Positions 9,492 to 18,796 of a stretch of DNA of 64,000 nt are shown here, piece by piece; within the stretch, counting starts at the first letter, position 1, and every line of letters begins with the position of its first letter. This DNA is from Myxococcota bacterium. GTDB taxonomy: Bacteria > Myxococcota_A > UBA796 > CAJQPC01. The notes below the pieces were generated by a model. That model did no database searches, was not told the origin of the DNA, and saw only the letters and a list, made by a program, of their open reading frames with translations. Location of the stretch: assembly GCA_036229005.1 (NCBI GenBank), contig JAZAMN010000057.1, forward strand, positions 45,910-109,909, written 5' to 3'. The position numbers and the translations under genes are program-made.

Positions 9492-10267
9492 TGGACCACC
9501 CAGGGTGCGGGCTTGCGGGAGAGGAAGGCGGCGGTGCCGGCGGCGGCCTCGGGGCGGCGGGCGGCGGCGGCGAAGGTCTGTGCGGCGAGCTGCACCTGCG
9601 CGAGGTCCACCGGAGAGGAGAGGCTGGCGAGCAGCGCTTTGGTCGTCGCGAGCGCCCCTGGGGCGGACTGGAGCACGGACTGTGTGAGGGACTGGAGCCC
9701 GCGGTCGAGGTCGTCGTGGAGCTGGTGCACCAGGCCGATGTCCAGGGCGGTCTGCGCCGAGATGACCTCGCCGGCGAGCGCCAGTCTGCGGGCTTGGGCA
9801 GGGCCGACCCGGGCGATCAAGGTGGGGGCGATCTGTGCGGGGATCAAGCCCAACCTCGTCTCCGGGAGCGAGAGCTTGAGGCTGCGGTCGGCGATGGAGA
9901 TGTCGCACGCGCAGGCCAGCCCCACCCCGCCCCCCATCACGGCGCCCTGCAGCGCCGAGACGACGACCAGGGGGCTGTCCTGGAGCAGGAGCTGGAGCTG
10001 GCCGAAGCGGGCGTTGAGGGCCACCAGGGGGTCCCCGGAGTCTGTGGGAGGCTGGCGCAGGGCCCCGGCCATCTCGGCGATGTCGCCCCCAGCACAGAAG
10101 TTCCCGCCGGCCCCGCGCAGCACCAGCACGCGCACCCCAGCGGCGGGGGCCTGGGTGATGGCGTCCTCCAGGGCGGAGAGCAGCGCGAGGTTCAGGGCGT
10201 TGCGGCGCTCGGGGCGGTCCAGCAGCAGGGTGCGGACCGGGCCGTTGTCGTGGATCTGCAGGCTCAC
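9488..10267 (-). CDS. atuE: Enoyl-CoA hydratase (isohexenylglutaconyl-CoA hydratase AtuE-like)
   Basis: Crotonase motifs RPERRNAL, FCAGGDI, GAVMGGG.GL and LPETRLGLIPAQIAP. Confidence 0.75.
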   Translation of the reverse strand: MSLQIHDNGPVRTLLLDRPERRNALNLALLSALEDAITQAPAAGVRVLVLRGAGGNFCAGGDIAEMAGALRQPPTDSGDPLVALNARFGQLQLLLQDSPLVVVSALQGAVMGGGVGLACACDISIADRSLKLSLPETRLGLIPAQIAPTLIARVGPAQARRLALAGEVISAQTALDIGLVHQLHDDLDRGLQSLTQSVLQSAPGALATTKALLASLSSPVDLAQVQLAAQTFAAAARRPEAAAGTAAFLSRKPAPWVVQ

Positions 10268-10274
10268 GGGGCCC

Positions 10275-11435
10275 TCACTTGCGGCGGCGGCTGGGGAGGG
10301 TGCCTTCGAGCTTGCAGAGGATGCCCAGCATGACCTCGTCGGCGCCGCCCCCGATGGAGATGAGGCGGAGATCCCGATGGATCCGGGAGATACGGGCTTC
10401 GTGTGAGTAGCCCATGCCTCCCCAGAACTGCAGGCAGGAGTCGGTGACCTCCCGACACAGTCGGCCGGACTTGAGCTTGGCCATGGAGGCCAGCCGGGTG
10501 ACGTCCTGGCCCTGGGTGTACAGATCGGTGGCGCGGTAGACCAGGGCGCGCAGGGCCTCGACCTCGGTGCGCAGCTCGGCGAGTCTGTAGTGGACCACCT
10601 GGTTGTAGAGGATGGGCTTGCCGAAGGCGACGCGGCCGCGGGTGTATTCGATGGTGTCGTCGATGACCCGGTCCAGGGTGCGCAGGGTGTTGGCGGCGCC
10701 CCAGAGCCGCTCCTGCTGGAACTGCATCATCTGATACATGAACCCGGCGCCCTCCTGACCGATCAGGTTGCGCTTGGGGACCCGCACGTTGTCGAAGAAG
10801 ATCTGTGCGGTGTCGCTGCAGTGCATGCCCATCTTCTCGATCTTCTGCAGCTCGATGCCGGCGGCGTCCATGGGGACCACGATCAGGGACTTGTTGCCGT
10901 GGGGGCCGCCCTGATCCGAGGTGTTGGCCAAAAGGCAGCACCAGTCGGCCTGCAGACCGTTGGTGATCCACATCTTGGAGCCGTTGATGACATAGTCATC
11001 GCCCTCGCTGCGGGCGTGGGTCTGTAGCCCAGCCACGTCGGAGCCGGCCTGGGGCTCGGACACGCCCAGGCAGGCCACCATGTCGCCGGCCAGGGCGGGG
11101 GCCAGGTACTCGCGCTTGAGCTCGGGGCTGCCGAAGCGGGCCAGGGCGGGGGTGCACATGTCGGTCTGTACGCCGATGGCCATGGGGATGCCGCCGGCGT
11201 CGCAGGCGCCCAGGGCCTCGGCCATGACCATGTGGAAGGAGAAGTCCAGGCCGCCGCCGCCGAACTCCGGGTCGTACTCCATGCCGATCAGGCCCAGATC
11301 GCCCAGCTTCTTGAAGAGCTCGTGGGCGGGGAAGGTGCGCTGCTCCTCCCACAGTTCAATGTGGGGGTTGATCTCGGACTGTACGAAGCGGGTGACCGTC
11401 TCGGCCACGGCCTTGTGCTCTTCGGTGAACTGCAT
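10275..11435 (-). CDS. atuD: Acyl-CoA dehydrogenase (citronellyl-CoA dehydrogenase AtuD-like)
   Basis: MQFTEEH, VQTDMCTPAL, SEPQAGSDVA, NGSKMWITNG, QFQQERL, LQFWGGMG and SIGGGADEVML. Confidence 0.85.
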   Translation of the reverse strand: MQFTEEHKAVAETVTRFVQSEINPHIELWEEQRTFPAHELFKKLGDLGLIGMEYDPEFGGGGLDFSFHMVMAEALGACDAGGIPMAIGVQTDMCTPALARFGSPELKREYLAPALAGDMVACLGVSEPQAGSDVAGLQTHARSEGDDYVINGSKMWITNGLQADWCCLLANTSDQGGPHGNKSLIVVPMDAAGIELQKIEKMGMHCSDTAQIFFDNVRVPKRNLIGQEGAGFMYQMMQFQQERLWGAANTLRTLDRVIDDTIEYTRGRVAFGKPILYNQVVHYRLAELRTEVEALRALVYRATDLYTQGQDVTRLASMAKLKSGRLCREVTDSCLQFWGGMGYSHEARISRIHRDLRLISIGGGADEVMLGILCKLEGTLPSRRRK

Positions 11436-11447
11436 GGGGGGCTCCGG

Positions 11448-13058
11448 TCAGGGGCGGGCGACGCCAAAGGTGTTGGGGTGCAGGGTGCGGGCGCGGGCCT
11501 CGGCGCAGACGCGCAGGCACATGCCCAGGATCCAGCGGGTGTCCCGGGGGTCGATGACGCCGTCGTCGAAGAGGCGGGCGGTGCCAAAGAGCACGTGGGA
11601 CTCGGCGTCCAGGCGCTGCTGGATCTGCTGGGTGGTGTGGGCCAGGAACTGTTCGTTCAGGGGCAGACCCTTGGCGGCGTGCTTGGCCCGGGTGATGAGC
11701 TCCATGACCTGGGCTGCCTGGGCGCCCCCCATCACAGCGGTGCGGGCGGTCGGCCAGGAGAAGATGAAGTCCGGGTCGAAGCCGCGGCCGCACATGCCGT
11801 AGTTGCCGGCGCCGAAGCTGCCGCCCACCACGACGGTGAGCTTGGGGACGCGCAGGTTGGCGACGGCCTGGATCATCTTGGAGCCGTGCTTGACGGACCC
11901 GGCGCGCTCGGCGGCGCTGCCGACCATGTAGCCCTGGGTGTTCTGCAGGAAGACGACGGGGGTGCCGGTCTGGTCGCAGAGCTGCAGGAAGTGGGTGGCC
12001 TTGGCGCTGCCCTGGGGCTGGATGGCGCCGTTGTTGCCGACGATGCCCACGGGCATGCCCTGGATGCGGGCGTGGCCGCAGACGGTCTCGGGGCCGAAGC
12101 GGGCCTTGAACTCCAGGAAGTCGGAGCCGTCGACCAGGCGGGCGATGATCTCGCGGCAGTCGTAGGGCTCGCGGGGGTCGGCGGGGACCACGCCCAACAG
12201 CTCGTCGGGGGAGAAGGCGGGCAGCCTGTCCTCGCTTGGGCCGGTGGCGGGGTCCCAGTTGAGGGCGGCCATGAGCTCCCGGAGTTGGGCCAGGGCGTGG
12301 GCGTCATCCTCCGCCTCGTACTCCCCGAGACCGGTGACGGTGGCGTGCATCTCGGAGCCGCCGAGCTGCTCGTCGCTGCAGTCCTCGCCGATGGCGGCTT
12401 TGACCAGGGGGGGGCCGGCCAGGAAGATCTTGGAGCGCTCGCGGACCAGGATGACGTGGTCCGAGAGGCCGGGGAGGTAGGCGCCGCCGGCGGTGCTGGA
12501 GCCGTGGACGACGGAGATCTGGGGGATGCCCGCGGCGGAGTTCCGGGCGAGGTTGGCGAAGCTGCGGCCGCCGCCCACGAACATCTCGGACTGGTAGAGC
12601 AGGTTCGCGCCGCCGGACTCCACCAGGTAGAGCAGCGGGAGCTTGAGCTTTCGGGAGAGCTCCTGGACGCGCAGGGTCTTCTGGGCGCCCATGGGGGAGA
12701 TGGAGCCGCCCTTGATTCCGCTGTCGTTTGCAAGGATCAAGCAGCGCTTGCCGGCGACCGTCCCGACGCCCGCGATGCTGCCGCCGCCCATGACGGTCTT
12801 GGCGCCGTCGTCGTCGTGCATGCGCAGGCCGGCCAGGGTGGAGAGCTCCAGGAAGGGGGCGCCGCGGTCCAGCAGGCGCTCGACGCGCTCCCGGGGGAGG
12901 AGCTGGCCGCGGGCGTCAAAGCGCTCCTTGCGGCGGGCGGAGGTGGCGCGGACCTGGGCCTCCAGGGCGCGGATCTCCTGCAGCTTCTCGGTCATGGCCG
13001 CGGCGTTGGCGGCGAACTCTGGGCCGGTGGGCCGCAAGGCGGAGGTCAAGGGGGGCAT
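11448..13058 (-). CDS. atuC: Acyl-CoA carboxylase carboxyltransferase subunit (geranyl-CoA carboxylase AtuC-like)
   Basis: RGQLLPRER, VESGGANL, HGSSTAGGAY.PG, FLAGPPL, GSFGAGNYGMCGR and DDGVIDPRDTR. Confidence 0.85.
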   Translation of the reverse strand: MPPLTSALRPTGPEFAANAAAMTEKLQEIRALEAQVRATSARRKERFDARGQLLPRERVERLLDRGAPFLELSTLAGLRMHDDDGAKTVMGGGSIAGVGTVAGKRCLILANDSGIKGGSISPMGAQKTLRVQELSRKLKLPLLYLVESGGANLLYQSEMFVGGGRSFANLARNSAAGIPQISVVHGSSTAGGAYLPGLSDHVILVRERSKIFLAGPPLVKAAIGEDCSDEQLGGSEMHATVTGLGEYEAEDDAHALAQLRELMAALNWDPATGPSEDRLPAFSPDELLGVVPADPREPYDCREIIARLVDGSDFLEFKARFGPETVCGHARIQGMPVGIVGNNGAIQPQGSAKATHFLQLCDQTGTPVVFLQNTQGYMVGSAAERAGSVKHGSKMIQAVANLRVPKLTVVVGGSFGAGNYGMCGRGFDPDFIFSWPTARTAVMGGAQAAQVMELITRAKHAAKGLPLNEQFLAHTTQQIQQRLDAESHVLFGTARLFDDGVIDPRDTRWILGMCLRVCAEARARTLHPNTFGVARP

Positions 13059-13093
13059 TCAGGCTCCGGAGGCGCGACCGCGTGAGGGTTGCC

Positions 13094-13124
13094 ATTATGG
13101 GAGCCGCTTTACGTATACGTCAAG
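13094..13124 (-). promoter_or_regulatory. Sigma70-like promoter overlapped by a LiuR-type palindromic operator
   Basis: Palindrome CTTTACGTATACGTCAAG (13107-13124) fits the LiuR consensus TT[T/G]ACGT-ww-ACGT[A/C]AA. On the minus strand, TTGACG-N18-CATAAT lies 35 bp upstream of the atuC-like start. Confidence 0.7.
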
Positions 13125-13179
13125 CTCGCCAGGGTGACCTCGCCTTTGGGAGGATTGTCGGGAAGTGAGAGGTGCCCAC

Positions 13180-13602
13180 ATGTCCGAGAACGTGACCCAG
13201 CCCACCGGAGAGGACGTTCAGGCCTTCCTCGACTCCGTGGAGAACCCTGGCCGGCGCGAGGACGCTGCGCTGGTGCTCCGGATGATGCGCGAGGTCACGG
13301 GGCTGGAGCCGGTCATGTGGGGGCAGTCCCTCATCGGATTCGGTACGTACCACTACCGATATGACTCGGGGCGCGAGGGCGACTTCTTCCGGGTGGGGTT
13401 CTCGCCGCGCAAGGCCAAGCTCGTGGTCTACATCATGCCGTACCAGGACGACTTCGAGCCGCTGCTGGCGCGCCTGGGGCCGCACAAGCTGGGCAAGAGC
13501 TGCCTATACCTGGGCCGGCTGAGCCGGATCGACCTGGACGTGTTGCGCAAGGTGATTCAGCTCTCCTGGGAGCTGATGGCTCAGAAGTACCCTGACTCCT
13601 GA
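13180..13602 (+). CDS. DUF1801 domain protein
   Basis: MWG.S.IGFG.YHYRYDSGREGD...GFSPRK..L..Y and RLGPHK.GKSCLY. Confidence 0.85.
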   Translation: MSENVTQPTGEDVQAFLDSVENPGRREDAALVLRMMREVTGLEPVMWGQSLIGFGTYHYRYDSGREGDFFRVGFSPRKAKLVVYIMPYQDDFEPLLARLGPHKLGKSCLYLGRLSRIDLDVLRKVIQLSWELMAQKYPDS

Positions 13603-13675
13603 GCGCTCCTGCGCGACACTTGTTTCAGCATTTGTTTCAGCCTCACCCTGTTAGCCCTGGTGGCTTGGAGGTCCA

Positions 13676-15211
13676 ATGATCTTGGGTGTTCCCAGAGAGA
13701 GTCACGCGGGCGAACGCCGGGTCTCGGCCACGCCGGAGACGGTCACGCGCTTTGTGAAGGAGGGCTTTGAGGTCCTGGTGGAGCGAGGCGCTGGGGCGCA
13801 GGCGAGCTTCCCCGACGCGGCCTACGAGGAGGCCGGGGCCACGCTGGTCTCCAAGGAGCAGGCGTGGGCTGCGCAGGTCGTGCTGCACGTGAACCCTCCT
13901 GAGGCGGAGGAGGTGGGGCTCTTGCAGCCCGGCGCCACGCTGATCTCCATCCTCCGGCCGGATCAGAACGCGGACATGGTGGAGGCTCTGTCCACCCGCG
14001 AGGTCACCGCGCTGGCGTTGGACAAGATCCCGCGCATCAGCCGGGCCCAGAAGATGGACGTGCTCTCGTCGATGGCGAACATCGCGGGCTACCGGGCGGT
14101 GATCGAAGCCAGCCAGCACTTCGGCGGCTTCTTTGGCGCTCAGATGACGGCGGCGGGCAAGTCCGCGCCGGCCAAGGTGCTGGTCATCGGGGCGGGCGTG
14201 GCGGGTCTGGCGGCCATCGGCGCGGCCCGGGGCCTGGGGGCGACGGTGTACGCCTTCGACGTGCGCCCCAGCGTGAAGGAGCAGGTCGAGAGCCTGGGCG
14301 GTCGCTTCCTGACGGTGGAGCTGGAGGAGAGCGGCGAGGACGCGGGCGGCTACGCCAAGACCATGTCCAAGGAGTTCATCGACGCGGAGATGGCGCTGTT
14401 CCGCGAGCACGCGCCGAGCTGCGATGTGGTCATCACGACGGCGCTCATTCCCGGTCGGGCCGCGCCCAAGCTCTGGCTGGCGGACATGGTGGAGGCCATG
14501 AAGCCGGGCTCCGTGGTGGTGGACCTGGCCGCCGAGCAGGGCGGCAACTGCGAGGGGACCGTGGCCGGGCAGGTCGTGCAGGTCTCCGGCGTGAGCATCA
14601 TCGGGTACACCGACCTGGTCTCCCGCCTGCCCACGGTGGCCAGCCGCTTCTTCTCCAAGAACATCCAGAACCTGATCGACGATCTGGGCTGGGCCCCCGG
14701 CTGGCACATCGACCACGAGGACGAGGCCGTCCGGGGCGCGCTGGTGCTGGAGGAGGGTGAGAGCCGCTGGCCCCCGCCCAAGATCGAACGGCCCCCTCCC
14801 CCCAAGCCGGCGCCCGCCCCCGAGCCCATCGCCGCCCCCGAACCCGAAGAGGAGTCGGGCACCTGGCGCGTGGTGCTGGGCATCGTGCTGGCCGCCGTGT
14901 TCGGCGCGGTGGGCTGGTGGGCCCCGACGGAGTTCGTCGGGCACTTCTCCGTGTTCGTGCTGGCCTGTTTTGTGGGCTGGCAGCTCATCTGGAACGTGCA
15001 CCACTCCCTGCACACCCCGCTCATGAGCGTGACCAACGCCATCAGCGGCATCATCCTGGTCGGCGGCATCCTGCAGGCCGGCAGCGGCGGGTCGGTCACG
15101 GGCCTGCCCATCATCCTGGCCGTGCTCGCCATCATCCTGGCCAGCATCAACATCGTGGGCGGCTTCATGGTCACCCACCGCATGCTCGCCATGTTCCGGA
15201 AGGGGGACTGA
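13676..15211 (+). CDS. pntA: NAD(P) transhydrogenase subunit alpha
   Basis: [46 protein letters not shown] and [14 protein letters not shown]. Confidence 0.97.
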   Translation: MILGVPRESHAGERRVSATPETVTRFVKEGFEVLVERGAGAQASFPDAAYEEAGATLVSKEQAWAAQVVLHVNPPEAEEVGLLQPGATLISILRPDQNADMVEALSTREVTALALDKIPRISRAQKMDVLSSMANIAGYRAVIEASQHFGGFFGAQMTAAGKSAPAKVLVIGAGVAGLAAIGAARGLGATVYAFDVRPSVKEQVESLGGRFLTVELEESGEDAGGYAKTMSKEFIDAEMALFREHAPSCDVVITTALIPGRAAPKLWLADMVEAMKPGSVVVDLAAEQGGNCEGTVAGQVVQVSGVSIIGYTDLVSRLPTVASRFFSKNIQNLIDDLGWAPGWHIDHEDEAVRGALVLEEGESRWPPPKIERPPPPKPAPAPEPIAAPEPEEESGTWRVVLGIVLAAVFGAVGWWAPTEFVGHFSVFVLACFVGWQLIWNVHHSLHTPLMSVTNAISGIILVGGILQAGSGGSVTGLPIILAVLAIILASINIVGGFMVTHRMLAMFRKGD

Positions 15212-15212
15212 G

Positions 15213-16607
15213 ATGCAGATCCCTGAGTCCTTCGCCCCCGTCGCCTACCTGGGCGCGGGCGTGCTGTTCATCCTGTCCATCGGCGGCCTGACCAGCCAGG
15301 AGAGCGCCCGACGCGGCAACGTCCTGGGCATGATCGGCATGGCCATCGCCCTGGGGGCCGCCCTGCTGACCCCCGGCCTGACCGGCTTCGGCATCATCGC
15401 GGGCGCGATCGGCGTCGGCGCGGTCATCGGCGCGCTGATGGCCACCCGGGTCGCCATGACCTCGATGCCCCAGATGGTCGGCGTGCTCAACGCCTTCGTG
15501 GGCCTGGCGGCGGTGCTGGTGGGCTTCTCCACCTACCTGGAGCACGGGGCCGAGCTGAGCGGCGGCGAGTCTCTGGTCCACAGCCTGGAGATCTACCTGG
15601 ACATCGCCATCGGCGCGATCACCTTCACCGGCTCCATGGTGGCCTGGGCCAAGCTGGACGGGCGCCTGTCGGGCAAGCCCCTGCTGATCCCCGGCCGCCA
15701 CGTGCTCAACGCCCTGATGGCCCTGGCCATCGTGGGCCTGGCGGTGCCGCTGCTGCTGGCCGCGCCCGGGACAGGGGTGATGTGGATCTTCATCATGTCC
15801 ATCATCGCCAGCATCCTGGGCGTACACCTGGTGCTGAGCATCGGCGGCGCGGACATGCCCGTGGTGGTCTCGCTGCTCAACTCCTACTCGGGGTGGACCG
15901 CGGCGGCGGCCGGCTTCATGCTGGGCAACGACCTGCTGATCATCACCGGCGCGCTGGTCGGCGCGAGCGGCGCCATCCTCTCGGCCATCATGTGCAAGGC
16001 CATGAACCGCAGCATCTGGAACGTGGTGTTCGGCGGCTTCGGCACCGACGGGGGCGCCCCCGCCTCCACCGAGGGTCCCCAGGGCGAGTGGCAGGAGATC
16101 AGCCTGGAGGGCCTGGTCGAGGCCCTGGAGGACGCCCAGGAGATCCTGATCGTCCCCGGCTACGGCATGGCGGTGGCCCAGGCCCAGCGGGCCGTCGACT
16201 CCTTCGTCCGCAAGATGCAGGACAAGGGCGCCAGAGTGCGCTTCGGCATCCACCCCGTCGCGGGCCGCCTGCCGGGCCACATGAACGTGCTGCTGGCCGA
16301 GGCCGGCGTGCCCTACGACATCGTGCACGAGATGGACGAGGTCAACCCGGACTTCCCCAAGACCGACGTGGTGCTGGTCATCGGCGCCAACGACATCGTG
16401 AACCCCTCGGCCCAGACCGATCCGGGATCGCCCATCGCGGGCATGCCGGTGCTGGAGGTCTGGAAGTCCGAGCTCACGGTTGTCTTCAAGCGAGGCCGAG
16501 GAATGGGCTACGCGGGCGTCGTGAATCCGCTCTTTTTCAAAGACAAGACACGCATGTTCTTTGGCGATGCGCGAGACTCCATGGAGCAGATCAACGCCAA
16601 GCTCTGA
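15213..16607 (+). CDS. pntB: NAD(P) transhydrogenase subunit beta
   Basis: IGGADMPVVVSLLNSYSG, MCKAMNRS, PGYGMAVAQAQ, HPVAGRLPGHMNVLLAEA and GANDIVNP. Confidence 0.97.
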   Translation: MQIPESFAPVAYLGAGVLFILSIGGLTSQESARRGNVLGMIGMAIALGAALLTPGLTGFGIIAGAIGVGAVIGALMATRVAMTSMPQMVGVLNAFVGLAAVLVGFSTYLEHGAELSGGESLVHSLEIYLDIAIGAITFTGSMVAWAKLDGRLSGKPLLIPGRHVLNALMALAIVGLAVPLLLAAPGTGVMWIFIMSIIASILGVHLVLSIGGADMPVVVSLLNSYSGWTAAAAGFMLGNDLLIITGALVGASGAILSAIMCKAMNRSIWNVVFGGFGTDGGAPASTEGPQGEWQEISLEGLVEALEDAQEILIVPGYGMAVAQAQRAVDSFVRKMQDKGARVRFGIHPVAGRLPGHMNVLLAEAGVPYDIVHEMDEVNPDFPKTDVVLVIGANDIVNPSAQTDPGSPIAGMPVLEVWKSELTVVFKRGRGMGYAGVVNPLFFKDKTRMFFGDARDSMEQINAKL

Positions 16608-16613
16608 GGTCCA

Positions 16614-18158
16614 ATGCTCCTGCTCCTGCTCGTCGCCTGTGGATCTGGGGTGGAGACGCTCCCGCCGGACAGCGCGCCGGTGACGGAGCGCTTCGCTGTG
16701 CCACGCTTTGACCTCGCCGATGGGCTGGAGTCCAAGGATCTGGGCAGGGGCGTGAGCGTGCTGGATGTGGACGGAGATGGGCTACTGGACCTGCTCTCGG
16801 CCTCCTCCAACCTCTCCTTCCCCGGGGGGAGCTCGGTGCAGCTTCACCTGCAGAACCCGGACGGCAGCTACCGCCGGGTGACCGAAGAGTGGGGCCTGCG
16901 CAGTCAGATGGACGTGTGGGGCCTGGTCCCCCTGGACCACGACAACGACGGGGAGCTGGAGATCCTGATGACGGGCGCGGCCTGGAACGGGGTCACCAAC
17001 AACCTCTGGCTCACCCTGCGGCCCGAGGGCCCGGCGATGGAGAGCGGCCCCTACGGCGCCTGCGGACCGGGGGCGACGATGGGCGCCTCCGTCGCGGATC
17101 TGAACCGGGACGGCCACCTGGATCTGGTGATGGCCAACGGCGCCGCGCACCGCTGGGGGGGCTGTACGGACATCCTGCTGGGGAGCGAGCAGGGGCTCAG
17201 TCGGCTCACCAACGTCGGCCGGGGCTCCGAGGAGGGCTTTGGGACCGTGGTCCACGACCTGAGCGGAGACGGCTACCCGGAGATCGTCCTCACCGAGGGC
17301 ATCGGCGTGGTGATCTACGAGAACCTGGGGGAGCCTCCTTGGTTCGAGATGGACGACCCGGCCCACCGCTACAGCCTGCGCATCCGGGCGGAGGAGGACG
17401 ACGCGGCGTGGACCAAGGCGAGCCTGGCGGTGCTGCTGCTGGACTACGACCAGGACGGTGACCTGGACCCCTTCGTGTGCACCTACGACGACCCCGACGC
17501 CCCGGGCGAGTCCTACAACCAGCGGCTGCTGCGCAACGACGGGGACATGGTGTTCACCGACGTCAGCCAGGAGCAGGGGGTGCGCTTCGGCCCGGGCTGC
17601 ATGGGCGCCGGGGTCGGCGACATCGACATGAACGGCTACCCCGACCTGTACCTGGGCACCGGCGGGCCCGAAGCGGGCCACGAGACCGACAACATCCTCT
17701 ACCTGAACACCGGCGACGGCTTCGTGGACGTCAGCCAGGAGGCCGGGACGACCTGGAAGGGGCGCACCCACGGCATCGAGTTCGCCGACATGAACCAGGA
17801 CGGGGCGATGGACCTGATCCTGAACAGCGGCGGCGCCTATGCCGGCCAGGACGAGGGCCTGCGCGTCGCCCTCCAGCGCGGCGGCCCCTTCAACGGTGTC
17901 CCCGTGGTCATCAAGGGCCCCGCCAACAACCCGGACGGCGTGGGCGCGCGGGTGGTCGCGGAGACGGACAAGGGCACCTTCTACGCCTACAACCTGCGCG
18001 GGAGCGGCTTCGGCTCCACCAACCTGGGCCCGGTGTGGGTGGGCGTGGCCGACGCCAGCACCGCGACCGTGCGCGTGGAGTTCCCGGACGGAGCGGTGAC
18101 GACCTCCCAGGAGCTCAGCCTGCCGGTGGAGCCCATCACCCTGCGCTGGGGCGACTGA
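16614..18158 (+). CDS. FG-GAP/VCBS-repeat (CRTAC1/ASPIC-UnbV-like) lipoprotein
   Basis: MLLLLLVAC; repeated D.D.DG..DL motifs; C-terminal N.DGVGARV...GSGFGS UnbV-like segment. Confidence 0.8.
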   Translation: MLLLLLVACGSGVETLPPDSAPVTERFAVPRFDLADGLESKDLGRGVSVLDVDGDGLLDLLSASSNLSFPGGSSVQLHLQNPDGSYRRVTEEWGLRSQMDVWGLVPLDHDNDGELEILMTGAAWNGVTNNLWLTLRPEGPAMESGPYGACGPGATMGASVADLNRDGHLDLVMANGAAHRWGGCTDILLGSEQGLSRLTNVGRGSEEGFGTVVHDLSGDGYPEIVLTEGIGVVIYENLGEPPWFEMDDPAHRYSLRIRAEEDDAAWTKASLAVLLLDYDQDGDLDPFVCTYDDPDAPGESYNQRLLRNDGDMVFTDVSQEQGVRFGPGCMGAGVGDIDMNGYPDLYLGTGGPEAGHETDNILYLNTGDGFVDVSQEAGTTWKGRTHGIEFADMNQDGAMDLILNSGGAYAGQDEGLRVALQRGGPFNGVPVVIKGPANNPDGVGARVVAETDKGTFYAYNLRGSGFGSTNLGPVWVGVADASTATVRVEFPDGAVTTSQELSLPVEPITLRWGD

Positions 18159-18796
18159 TGCTCGCCCGACGCAGCATGCACGGTGCTGCCTGGCTGGACT
18201 TCGACCCACACTGGCTCTCTCCGGCGCAGGCCGACCAGGTGCAGCGAGCGCTCACCGAGCAGGAGCCCTGGGAGCAGAAGCCCATCAAGGTCTTTGGCAA
18301 GGAGATCCTGCAGCCCCGCCTGGTCTCCTGGGCCGGCGAGCTGCCCTACCGCTACAGCGGCCAGACCCTGCCCCCGCGCCCCCTCTCCCCCCTGCTGGAG
18401 TCGCTGCGCCAGGACATGGTCCAGGCCACCGGCGTCCCCTTCAACCACGTCCTGCTCAACCGCTACCGGGATGGCGCGGACTACATGGCGCGCCACGCCG
18501 ACAACGAGCCCGAACTGGGCTACTGCCCCGTCATCGCCGCCCTGTCCTTTGGCACCGAGCGCCCCTTCCGCTGCACCCCCAAGTTCACCCGGGACAAGAA
18601 GCTGACCCGTCGCCTGCGCTTCTCGGTCATGCTCAGCCATGGCAGCCTGATGGTCATGGGAGGTCGCATGCAGCACACCTGGCGCCACGAAGTCCCCAAG
18701 GCCCTGCGCACCCGCGGCGAGCGGATCAACCTGACCTTCCGCCTCCTCAAGGGGCCTCCGGGCTGGAGAGAGCCCCGGGGGGGACGCAAGCTGTGA
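18158..18796 (+). CDS. alkB: AlkB-family alpha-ketoglutarate-dependent dioxygenase (ALKBH2/3-like)
   Basis: QPRLVSW, Y.YSG, FNHVLLNRYRDG.D...HADNE, HGSL.VM...Q..W.HEVPK and RINLTFR. Confidence 0.85.
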   Translation: MLARRSMHGAAWLDFDPHWLSPAQADQVQRALTEQEPWEQKPIKVFGKEILQPRLVSWAGELPYRYSGQTLPPRPLSPLLESLRQDMVQATGVPFNHVLLNRYRDGADYMARHADNEPELGYCPVIAALSFGTERPFRCTPKFTRDKKLTRRLRFSVMLSHGSLMVMGGRMQHTWRHEVPKALRTRGERINLTFRLLKGPPGWREPRGGRKL

